Below are positions 1 through 11,098 of a stretch of DNA of 39,249 nt, one piece after another (within the stretch, counting starts at the first letter, position 1; each line of letters starts with the position of its first letter). The translations under genes were made by a program, and so were the position numbers. The notes beneath the pieces are model-generated. The model was not told where the DNA came from, did not search any database, and was given only the letters and a program-made list of their open reading frames with translations. The stretch is from Neolecta irregularis DAH-3 (lineage: Eukaryota): contig LXFE01002348.1 of the NCBI GenBank assembly GCA_001929475.1, positions 1 to 39,249 of the forward strand, read 5' to 3'.

Positions 1-7
1 TAACTGT

Positions 8-91
8 GGTTAACGGGGTAAACCGGTCAACGTGGCAACGGGTAAACGGGTCAACGGGTCAACGGGTAAACTGGTCAACGGGGTATACCGG
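8..91. repeat. Imperfect tandem array, about 10 copies of an 8-9 bp unit GGT(C/A/T)AAC(G), directly upstream of the Dicer ATG
   Basis: ggttaacg-gggtaaacc-ggtcaacg-tggcaacg-ggtaaacg-ggtcaacg-ggtcaacg-ggtaaact-ggtcaacg-gggtatacc read directly. May extend beyond the window start. Confidence 0.85.
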
Positions 92-99
92 CACCCACG

Positions 100-3000
100 A
101 TGCCGCCCGCCCTGCCCGCGCTCGCCTCTCTGGCCATCGCCTCCCCGCCCGATGTCCTCGATCCGCGCCCCTACCAGCGCGAACTCTTTGAGCGCGCGCG
201 GCTGCACAACACCCTCGCCGTCATGGACACCGGCTCCGGCAAGACCCTGATCGCCTGCATGCTGCTCAAACACGCCCTCGTCCGCAAACCCCCGGCCGCT
301 GCCCGCCGCCTGGCTGTCTTCCTCGTCGACAAAGTCCCGCTCGCCCTCCAGCAGGGCACCGTCGTCCCCGCATCGCCTGCTAACTGCTGCAGGCTTCGTC
401 TTGAAGCACAACGTCACCCACAACATCGAGGTGTGCTACGGGGCAAAGGTCGACGCGTGGTCCCTCGACCAGTGGAGGCACGTCTTCGACACAAGAGACC
501 TGCTCGTCATGACCGCAGACATCCTCAAAAACCTCCTGCACTCCGCTTATGCAAAAATAGACCAGGTCCTCCCGCCCTTCCCATCCCCCCGCCCTTAGCC
601 CTAGATAAATCTCCTCATCTTCGACGAGTGCCACCACGCAAAAAAGCAGCACGCCTATGCCGTGATCATGACCCAGTTCTACTTTGAAACCCCCCTCGAC
701 AAGCGGCCCCGCATCTTTGGAATGACCGCCTCTCCCTTTGATGACCTTCAGCAGTCTATACATGGAAACTCGGCAGAGTACTCTTGCTCCTCTTGCCGCA
801 CTCACGCCAAAGAAACCTCGAAAAGATCCTCGACGCACACATCTGCACAGTCACAAACATGGCGTCCCTAAAAGGTACCCTTTTGCGCCAACGGTCATTA
901 CATGACAGACTTTCTACACAAGCCCGTTGAAATCGAGAGAGACTATCAAACATATCACGCCCCAGACTTTTCTCCGCTCCATAAAACACTCGACGAGATG
1001 TGCAAAACATTTCCCAAATCCTTCAAAAAGGCCCAGAATGCCGCCAGAGCAGTCCACGAAGAGCTAGGCCCTTGGTGTGCTCATCACGCCTGGGGAATCC
1101 TATTGAACGAACTCAAAGATTGGCCTTATCAAGCTCGCATAAGAGGCTTGGTCAATGATGACGTCACCATTCACACTTCCCAAAACATAGCAAGAGAACT
1201 GGCCCAAAGAGCCCTCGAGTTCTACAATGACTACAATTTCGCAGAATTGTCGGTTGCAGATGTCAGCCCAAAAGTCAACGTCCTCCTAGACATCCTCAGA
1301 GAAGTATACATTGTCAGAGATGTCACTGCAATACTATTCGTCGACCGAAGAGCCACTGCATTTGCCTTGAACGGTCTTGTTAAAGACCTGGGCCAACGCC
1401 AGCTTACTGGCCCTTTTCACAACATCAAATCTGAAATTCTTGTAGGCCATGGAACGAGCTCAGCCCCCGGCGACGTTCAAATGGATTTGAAAAACCAGCA
1501 AAGAGTCCTCTGTCGATTTCGTAACCGGTCCTTGAATCTCTTGATCGCTACAAGGTATCCATCCACCACGCGCTCAACTATAATGATAGTGTTGGAGAAG
1601 AAGGCCTCGATATAATAAGCTGCAGCGTAGTAATTAGGTTTGATGCTTTGCCAAGCAAGCTTACACCCCCAGATTCGATTTATGCGCAACCCCAATTCAG
1701 TATATCCAGTCCCGCGGGCGAGCACGCCAGCACGACTCTAAAGTATATTTACTTTCAAACCGTCAAGTAACACAAAGTTTTATTTAATCAAAGAAGCCGG
1801 AAATGCTTCACATGTTCGTCTGATTAACCAGGTAAAAGTCGCTGAAACGACGCTTCGAGAGTACTGTGCCCGTCTTCCATCAGAACGGAAAATCATGCTC
1901 GATGCTGACGACGACGGGGATCCTCCATCCCAGACAAACTTTGTCTACATTGAAAACTCTACAGGTGCTCGTTTGACGGAATTTAACGCTCTCGGATTAC
2001 TAAATGTGTATTGTCAATCTCTTCCGCTGGACAAATATACTCCAACAACACCCACATTTACCCTCGAAGGAGATTTTATGTACTCTGTAACTCTACCAAA
2101 AGTATCTCCATTAAAAGAAATAATTCGGGGGTCCCCTCAGAATTCCCGGAAAGCTGCAAAAAGAGTCGCTGGTTTTCTGGCTTGTGTCCGACTTCGCGAA
2201 ATAGGAGAGTTAGACGAATATTTACGACCCCCTTGTATTCGCAAATCAATCATCGATCTAGAACTACAAGAACTAGAAAAAGAAGTTCAATGGACGGCGA
2301 AACTGGAATACCCTGTTTATCGACCTGCATGTTGGTTACTCGAAAACATCAAAGATACAAGCGCTTTCTACATCAATATTATTTCCTTGGAAAAACCACT
2401 ACAGCAAGTCGAATTCCGAAATCTTTGCTTTCTATCTAGAACTGAATTGTCAGAGATCCCTGATATCGATCTTTTTGACGGCGAGAAAACTGGAGTTGCT
2501 AGAATTAGTACTTCCTCTCGACGTATTCTTCTCGATTCAACACAATCTTTACGTTGTCGCGATTTTACGTTAGGCATGTTTGCTACTGTACTCGGCCGTC
2601 AATTCGTCATTAAAGATAAAAGCGGTAGTTTACCATTCTTCATCGTTCCACTTTGCAAACAACATCCATGCGATATAGATTGGGAGCTTTTAGAAAAGTG
2701 TCTTTGTACCTCTGATTCCCCATTGCCCGAATCTCTCGATGGAGACATGCAAGATGTCATGCAAGATGTCATGGTAAGTGTAATGGGCCAATATCGCGGA
2801 AAATACACCATCTCGCGAATTCGCTATGATCTAGGTCCATCGTCAATTCCTCCTCCAGGTTCAACCGAAGAAGGATACAAAAGTATCGCAGAATATTACG
2901 AAAAACATGCTCAAAATTGTCAAATTGAAGATATTTGTCAACCGCTGTTGGAAGCGCGCAAAGTCTCTCGCGTTTTAAATTATTTACATCCTAATGGCCG

Positions 3001-4867
3001 ACCACGGGATCGGCCAAGTATCTTTTTGGGTTGTGTTTTTCCTAACGGGTAGAAAATGATCCAGGAAAACCGTTTCATTTGATCCCCGAGATGTGTTTAG
3101 CTAGTCATATACCCGCATCGTTAATACGAGCATGGCTTCTAATACCAGCTGTACAAATTCACCCATATATTTCTTACAAGATAGATATACATGCGCCTTG
3201 AAGCATATCTGTTAACTCGACAGCTCGGTGTAAAACTCAAATCAAACGTTTCGTTAAATTTGCTTTTAACCTCGCTACAATCGCCCTCGGCCAACATGTC
3301 GACTAATTACGAACGGTATGTGTTCTCGCGATATACATGTTTACAATTTAGCCTAGAGTTTATCGGGGATACATTTCTTAAATTTGTCGCTACGCTTTTG
3401 GTGTATACTAAACATCCGGAGAAACACGAAGGGTTTCTACACCTCTTTCGGAAGAAAATCATTTGTAACCAGAGTTTATATTATAAGGCTATCGACCTTG
3501 GTCTTCCTGGCTATGTACCATAACATTCAAAGAAAACATACCTAATGGAACAGGTTTGCAGTTTTCCGTTTTCTCGGGGTATAATAAGTCTACCAGGCTG
3601 TTTTATTACCGGACATTCGGTCGTGGAAACACAACGACTAGGCAAAAAGACTGTTGCAGATGTGATGGAAGCATTATTAGGGGCTGCATATCTTCATGGC
3701 CAATTAGACGAAGCCCTCAAAATGTCTAAAGAACTCGGAATCGTCGATACACAAATCTCTCACATCCATGAATTCTTTTCAGAGATTACACCTGTCCCTC
3801 AACATTCCATCAATTCCCATCAAGAATGGCCTCAACGAGAACAAATTGAACAAACAATCGGGTACAAGTTTCGGGATGGAAATCTTTTACGGCAAGCGTT
3901 AACTCATGCCTCTGTGCAAAATTCAACATCAGATTGTTATCAACGACTTGAATTCGCGGGGGATGCTGTACTCGATTTATTAGCAGTCGATCATATCTGC
4001 AGAAAGTTCCCCAGCGAAACACCTGCTAATTTGACTCTTTTAAAGGTATACTTTTTGAAAAATGAAAAAGTTGAAATCATTAGAATGTTTTAGTGTCCAA
4101 CAAGACACTTTGTGCTATATGCATTGACTCTGGGTTTCAGCTTTACATGGAATTCATGAGTTCTACAATTATCTCTGATATCAACATATACGTTGAATCA
4201 TTGGAATCTTGCCGTGATGAATCAAATCTGCCCGAGTATTGGATGGACCTGCATTCGCCAAAGGTATCTTCATACTACGTCTTCTCTGACATCTAAAGTT
4301 CCTTTCGGATGTTGTCGAATCTCTTATTGGTGCCATTTTCTTTGATTCAGGCTGTCGAATGGATGCTCCCTTGTTATTTTTTCAGAAATTTCATTTACCC
4401 TTTTGTGATCCTGATACAATACCTACGTTTCACGGCAATCCAATGGTACCGCTTATCAGTTTTATTTTTAATTCTTACGGTGACAGACAGAGTTGATGCA
4501 AATCCTTCAAAAAAGGTGTGAAAATTACCATATGCAAGCTTTTCCTTTTCTGCAAATTCTTACAATCAGAGAAAAGATACATGTCCAAGATGAGAATGCG
4601 CTGGATCAATTTCCCCCGGATAATATCCAGAATGCGCTGGGTGAATTTCCCCGGGATTATATCCAGGTTTCACTTGTTGTGCACGATACCATTATTCACT
4701 CTGAAAAGAGCATTTCTTTGAGGGAAGGGAAGAATCTTCTTGCAACTCATGTACTGGAGCAATTTGCAGCAAACGACCAATATTGCTTTCAATATTGCGA
4801 TTGCAAGAGAATCCAAACTGATAAATCACATAGTGACGACGACGATGATTTTGTTAACAATATCTAG
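100..4867 (+). CDS. dcr1: Dicer (DExH helicase, DUF283, PAZ-like, two RNase III domains, C-terminal dsRBD with Zn motif); 14-15 introns
   Basis: [32 protein letters not shown] and YIQSRGRAR helicase motifs; DUF283 [13 protein letters not shown]-like AEYY..QPLL..LIPEMC; RNase III NYERLEFIGD and [22 protein letters not shown] and [10 protein letters not shown]; terminal YCDC. Introns 356-392, 566-604, 778-812, 875-908, 1555-1589, 1638-1672, 1743-1777, 3018-3052, 3151-3184, 3316-3351, 3515-3553, 4046-4083, 4264-4298, 4446-4486, and possibly 4534-4569. Confidence 0.95.
4595..4666 (+). repeat. 36-bp tandem duplication inside the Dicer C-terminal domain
   Basis: aatgcgctggatcaatttcccccggataatatccag / aatgcgctgggtgaatttccccgggattatatccag, encoding [12 protein letters not shown] / [12 protein letters not shown]. 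Confidence 0.85.
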
Positions 4868-4913
4868 AGGAATCCCGCTATTTACTGCATTTATGGAACC
4901 AGAACAGTCATAT

Positions 4914-6917
4914 TTACATTTGCTCTGATTGTTTGTACTCGATAAAAGCTTGTAAATTTTGAGAAATTTCATTGGCTTTGGATCGTTGTGCGCGATTGTG
5001 CTTTGGTATGCAGTTTACCTATTTGATATTAGCGCAGTCCTTTCAGTGTGGCCCCACCATTGTATAAAGTTTGGGCAAGGTCTCTTGTAAATGCCTCAAG
5101 AACCCGCATTGGACAAAAACAGGTGTATCGTAATCAAATGCCGAGTCGGCATAAATATCAAACAAGGCATCCAAAGATTCAATGACGGCGTCGACCGGAC
5201 TTCTCGGGAGTCCTTGGATGACCGTCATGAGGAATATGCCAATTTCCTACTAATCAGATATTGAAACCGATAAGGAGTATACTTGATTGATCTCAATTTG
5301 GCCCTGTCTGCAAGCTAGCTTTCCCAACGTGCCGATACATTTCGTTTGAAGATTTTCAGATGATGTCTCGCGGAAGATTTTAATGATTTTTTCGAGGTCA
5401 GGTTTGGAAATGTCAATATCGAATGATGTCCTTGTGATAATCCATGCTAATCCCAAGACAAGCTCAAGTTCAGCTTCCCCTGTGCAGTCACCCGTTATAT
5501 AATTGAGGCAAATGTTCCAGATGTCCAACGCTATATCCTTCCAACCGAATCGTGATTCTTGTTTCTCTGGAATACGAGATTCGATAGTCCATCCAATGTT
5601 GTTTAAAAATTCTAATGTTCTTATCGCCATATCTGCTTTTCCTTGGTCAATCTTTTCTTCCAGTTCTTTTTGTAGGTCTTGCAGAAGACGCACAGATATG
5701 GGAACGGCAACTGAAATTATCTCCATGAGAAAGCTTTGCGAAACAACTGAAAAAGTTTCCACTCCCATTTCTTCATCCGAAGCATTGGAACATGCATCAT
5801 CTTCATCGCATACCAAAGTCTCTAAAATATCAAAAGAGGTTGATATCAAGTCAAAAGACTCCAAACCAACAAGGCGAGGAAAGTCCTGCCGAGATCGCTT
5901 GTCATCTTGGTCTTTCAGGATAGCAAGGACCTTTTGAAAAGGTTTCGAATGATCTTCCAGAGAGGTGAGATTACACAACACGCCTTTGATTAACTGCAGT
6001 CGAACGATGAAAATACCACATAAATTGATTCGGGCTAATGCTGGACAATCCTTTGCATCGATAGAACATGCAAGTACGTTCAAAAGGGACTCGTCATTCG
6101 AAATATCAGCACGTATTTGTGAATTCAAGTCTGATAATGCATATAATGATTTAGCTATAATTCAGAGATGTAAACAACTCAAAGTTGGTACCAGCGACTA
6201 TTTGAGAGGTTATTGGTGAGCGGTATTTATTATCAACGAGTCCAGATATCAGAGCCAATACTGATGCATTCGACTGAACAATGACCTGCATTGCTTTATC
6301 CGCGAATTCGCTGTTGAAGAAGTGAGATTATTATAAGCGAGTTGTTACGGACCTTAAAGCCCATACAAGACACAGTAAATTTTCACTCAAGGGCCATAGG
6401 ACTTTCAGCATTATTGCATCAACGCCCGGGCTTTCTGATTGTGCACGAACAGTCGTGCTGCACTTCCATTAGTCTAATATTTCGACGCTGCATGCTTTGT
6501 TGATAAGGGACATCGCGGGAGTCAAGATATCATTCTCGTAAAGTTCCACACAGACGTCTGGGGTAGTTGCAAAGTTTCGCAAAGAACCGCTTGCCTCAAG
6601 AATAACTTGTTGAGACGAATCCGTTAATCTCTGAATCAAGGTTTTGAGGACGCCATTTGCTATTAGTAAACGCTTTAATTCTGTGTCTTCAGCGGCAATG
6701 TTGGAAACAGCCACAGCAGACCACGCACGGTCATTCTCGTTAGGACTGTCCAACTGAGATGAAGTAAGCTCACTCACAAGTGATCACAAACTTTTGAAAT
6801 TATCGGCAAGATACCAGCTTGAGATATTTGAGAGTCAAGCTTGCCATCCACATCGAGTCTCTTTGTCGGAGCTGGTCTGTTCTGCCTATTATTTCTGCGA
6901 GACGCCGTTTTACCCAT
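4914..6917 (-). CDS. syo1: ARM/HEAT-repeat protein, Syo1/HEATR3 family (symportin for Rpl5/Rpl11); about 7 introns
   Basis: Basic N-terminus MGKTASRRNNR, then ILPIISK|LDSPNENDRAWSAVAVSNI, LIQRLTDS, EASGSLRN, LVWALSE; C-terminal LDALFDIYAD and NLQAFIEYKQSE. Introns include 6754-6791, 6463-6495 (GC-AG) and 5019-5057. Confidence 0.8.
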
Positions 6918-6982
6918 TCTCAATGAATATTTCTTGAAATGATTTGTTTAATTGTGTTGTGCACGTGCGCTTTCCTACCGTC
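6918..6982. promoter_or_regulatory. 65-bp bidirectional promoter region between syo1 and MLH1, containing a GCACGTGC E-box palindrome (6961-6968)
   Basis: Divergent ATGs at 6917 (-) and 6983 (+). The palindrome is read directly; its function is inferred. Confidence 0.5.
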
Positions 6983-9399
6983 ATGATGGATGCTCCACCA
7001 GAGACAGATGCCAATCTTCCACGTCCAATTAAAGCTTTAGACGCTACGGTGGTCAATAGGATAGCGGCAGGAGAGGTAGGCGGCCGCAAATTATCACCGT
7101 TGATTGACCTTGTACGATCATCCAACGTCCCGCAAATGCATTGAAGGAGCTTATTGAAAACTCCATAGACGCTCGGTCCACAAGCATAGATATACTAGTC
7201 AAGGATGGAGGACTCAAGCTGCTGCAAATCACTGACAATGGTCATGGCGTTCGGGTACGAGGCCCCATAGTGTGTTGCTTACAAGTTTCAGAAAGACGAC
7301 ATGGCTATTCTGTGTGAAAGATTCACCACTTCCAAATTGCAAACCTTTGAAGATCTCTCCTCAATTGCTACATACGGATTCCGGGGTGAAGCTCTTGCTA
7401 GTATTAGCCATGTTGCACATATGACCGTCACTACCCGGACTGCAAGTTCTGACTGTGCTTGGAGGTTAGCATTACAAAGAGTTTGCTAATGCTTAGAGCT
7501 TGCTATTCAGATGGAAAACTCGTAGCAGCAAAGAATGGAATCTCTGCAGAGCCAAAACCCACGGCCGGACGACAAGGAACCCAGATCACCGCGGAGGATT
7601 TATTTTACAATGTCCCTACTCGTCGTAAGGCATTCAAAAATACAAACGAGGAGTATTCTCGGATAGTAGATGTTGTCAGTAGGTATGCTGTACATTGCGA
7701 GGGCGTAAGCTTTACTTGCAAAAAGGCATATTTCTACCGTTGATGATACTTATTCCACAGCATGGCGATAATAATTACAGCGTTTCGACAATGGCAAAAG
7801 CATCGAGCCTTGACAACATTCGTCAGATATATGGTCATGCTGTCGCATCGGAGACTGTTGCATTCAGTTGCTCAAATACAAAGTTTGGGTTTCAGGCAAA
7901 GGGTTTGATTACAAACGCAAATTACCATGCGAAGAGAATGATTATGTTATTATTCATCAATCGTAAGAAGCTCGTTCTGGAACTCAAATTAAGGGAAAGA
8001 CCGTTTAGTCGAATCGTCAAGCTTAAAGAAAAACATCGAAGCGACCTATTCAACTTTCCTTCCCAAGGGCAGCCATCCTTTTATTAATATATCAATTGAA
8101 ATTGAACCGCACCGGGTCGATGTAAATGTTCACCCAACGAAACGTGAAGTTCATTTTCTAAATCAAGAAGAAATCATTGATGATATATGTGCTGCTCTGC
8201 AAAGAAAGCTTGCATCCACAGATACTTCCCGCTCCTTTAAAACTCAAGTATATGACCACTACCTTTGCAACCTAACTTTCAAAGACTTTATTACCTGGCG
8301 TTAAACCTGTCGAACTTCCAGCTACAGTAGAAGATCTGAGCAAAGGTAACACATCAAGAAGCAGCACAATTCTCATGCATCTAGTTCGAAAGCCATATGA
8401 AAAACATATGGTTAGGACAGATAGCCGTGACAAAACTCTGGATTCTCACTTTACACCTCTCAAAGAAGTAAAGTCGAATATTTCACAAGTTTCCTCTCCC
8501 ATCTGTAAAACCACAGATCGAAGGCGAGTTCATATACGTCTTTCCAGCATCAAAGAACTTCGCTCACAAGTTCGGGATACTATGCACAGCGCTTTAACTG
8601 AGGTTTTCGCAAGTCATACTTTTGTTGGAATTGTGGATGAGACACGAAGACTAGCGGCAATTCAACATGGAACGAAGCTTTATCTCGTTGATTACGGTGC
8701 AATCAGTTTTGATTTATTCTACCAAATTGGGCTGACTGACTTTGGAAACTTTGGAGTCATTCTCTTAAATCCACCTTTGGAGATTTCTGCTCTCTTGGAG
8801 CTTGCAGCTTCTTCCCAAGATGGGGAAGATGCAGTCATGTCTGATATTAATTCGCCCGAGCAAACACAAATAAACGCAAGATGAAGTCCGACTGTTCATA
8901 CTGATTGGTCAGCCAGTCACGGAGATTCTCGTGTCCCGCAAGGAGATGCTGAACGAATATTTCTCTATTGAAATTTCCGAAGACGGATTTTTGTTGACAA
9001 TACCGCTGCTATTAAAGAACTACTCGCCTGGACTAGGAAAATTACCTCGTTTCTTACATAACCTCGGAAGCAAAGTATCGCCATTTCTTATCTCTGCATA
9101 ACTGTAGGTGAATTGGTTTGACGAGAAGGAATGCTTTAAAGACCTCATAGGAGAACTCTCTCTGTTCTATTCACCAGAACCTTTGCCCCAGCCCGTGCCT
9201 GAAGCTATGGAAGGACGAGCCACTGATCTTCGACATTCGATCGAACATGCTCTGTTTCCTGCTTTCAAGAAGCGACTGGTTGCGACAAAGCGATCACAAC
9301 AAGAAAGAAGAGTTGTTGAAGTTGCAGATCTTCCAGATCTTTACAAGTTAGTTTTTTGTCAGTTTTTCGTTAACGCGCAGAGTATTTGAACGATGTTAG
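6983..9399 (+). CDS. MLH1: DNA mismatch repair protein MutL homologue MLH1; 10 introns
   Basis: [62 protein letters not shown], terminal LYKVFERC*. Introns 7076-7116 (GT-CG), 7255-7291, 7465-7496, 7726-7760 (GC), 7963-7999, 8248-8284, 8346-8384, 8876-8912 (GC), 9075-9107, 9347-9380. Confidence 0.97.
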
Positions 9400-9663
9400 A
9401 TAATGTAGTATAGAGTTCGACAGGATGGGGTTTGCATTTTTCTACTCATAGGGAAACTCTTAGCTGTGTTAAACTGAGTATGGAAGCGGGAATAGCTAAT
9501 TATGACAATTGATAGTGATTCAAAGTAACAAGTTACGCCCCATACAAAACTAGTCAATTTTTATTTTTAATGTGAAAAGGTAGAACACATCCTGAGATAT
9601 ACTAAAGATCAGATTTCCACTATCAGATTATGACCACCCGTGTGGCCAGGGCGATTCTAGGTG

Positions 9664-10981
9664 ATGTCAACCTCCAACCAACTTCACTCAAAAAGTAACA
9701 TCCTCCACACAACAGAATCTGGCACGACGCTTATCGACGTGCCTCTGAAGCGAGATGTGCTTCACAGTCTCAAATATAATGTGCCGATCTCATCTCCACC
9801 AAAATACCCATATGTCCTAGCAGAGCCCAAGAAATTGGGGTCAACCTTGGCACAAACGGAGGAATTGCACAAACTTCACACCAGATGGAAAGACGTACTC
9901 GAAAATGCATTGCTGGACATGAAGAATGCTATTGGTGAGAGTGGACGGTGGTGTTGTGAGAGACCGGAAACAGGAGAAGAAAGTTTGGAGCTCATAGACT
10001 TTAATTTCGGAGATTGGGCTTGGAATTTGGAAAGTATGAGATCAATGGGATGTTTTCAGAATACATCTGTGCTCGAATTATCAAGTATTCAGTCCTTTTT
10101 GATCATGTTAATCTTTTCTATTCCAGGTGATTTCACAGAAAATGTCTTTGATATCGATTCAATATATAGCAGAGTTGTAGCCAACAACTCCTCAACTGGA
10201 ACGACCTTATCGATTTCTATACCGGGGAGAAATCAACAGTATTCGCGATACTATATACCAGCGCATTCAGCTTTTCTCCTCGCGCGGTTCCAGCCTACTA
10301 TCGGCCATATGAATATTTATGCATCATCTGTCAATGGCTTTGATTTACTTATCCTCGACCCGCCATGGCCGAATAAATCTGCAAGTCGTGGTAGCAAGTA
10401 TCGCACAATCGATGTTTTTGATCTATATCAACTGAGAATCGGCCACTGGTTGCGAGAAGGAGGACTTGTGGCAGTATGGTGCACCACAAAGACAAAATTC
10501 AATAATTTTACAAAAGAGAAGTTATTTCCGGCATGGGGGGTGGATTTGATTGCGGAATGGGTGTGGCTAAAGGCAAGTTACGTATTGGCAAATCGCTGAT
10601 ATCAAGGTGACTGACAAGGGAGAGCCAGTATTTAATTTAGACTCGTTAAATCGGAAACCATACGAACCAATAATAATCGGTCGAAAGCGACTTGATCTTC
10701 CGAGAAGAAATCGAAAACGGAATAAGGCAGAATCGAAAGATATTGATCACGTGTCTTTTCTGCCCGACAGAAAAGTGTTGATCGGAGTTCCAGAGAAGCA
10801 TAGCGTAAAGCCTAACCTTATTGGTAAAGGTGCGCATAATAATAAATACTAATATTCAGAGCTTTTGGGTGACTTTATCTCTCCAAATGCAGTAATTGGC
10901 GAAGTGTTTGCGCGTAATTTAACAAGTGGGTGCTTTTCATGGGGTGACCAAGTTCTCCAGCATCAGTCTGTGCGTGAATGA
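9664..10981 (+). CDS. MT-A70 family N6-adenine methyltransferase, METTL4-like; 3 introns
   Basis: FDLLILDPPWPNKS catalytic motif, EWVWLK|VTDKGEPVF, RKPYE, HSVKP, EVFARNL, SWGDQVL. Introns 10085-10126, 10573-10606 (GC-AG), 10824-10859. Confidence 0.85.
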
Positions 10982-11098
10982 AATTATCTCTGGTTCCCTC
11001 AGAAAGCAAGTTTCCCATTCATCCTAGTACTGTAGGATAACTGCCCTGTAACCAACCTGCTTGTTGTGTATGTTTATAACAATATAATTCAATACAAT

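Noticed and set aside
1-91. CRISPR-like or canonical telomeric array
   Set aside because: The units are 8-9 bp with no spacers, the context is eukaryotic, and the unit is not TTAGGG. Kept only as a tandem repeat.
7076-7116. U12-type (AT-AC) intron in MLH1
   Set aside because: No RTATCCTT donor or CCTTAAC branch. Ending at AC (7115) with the GT donor breaks the reading frame.
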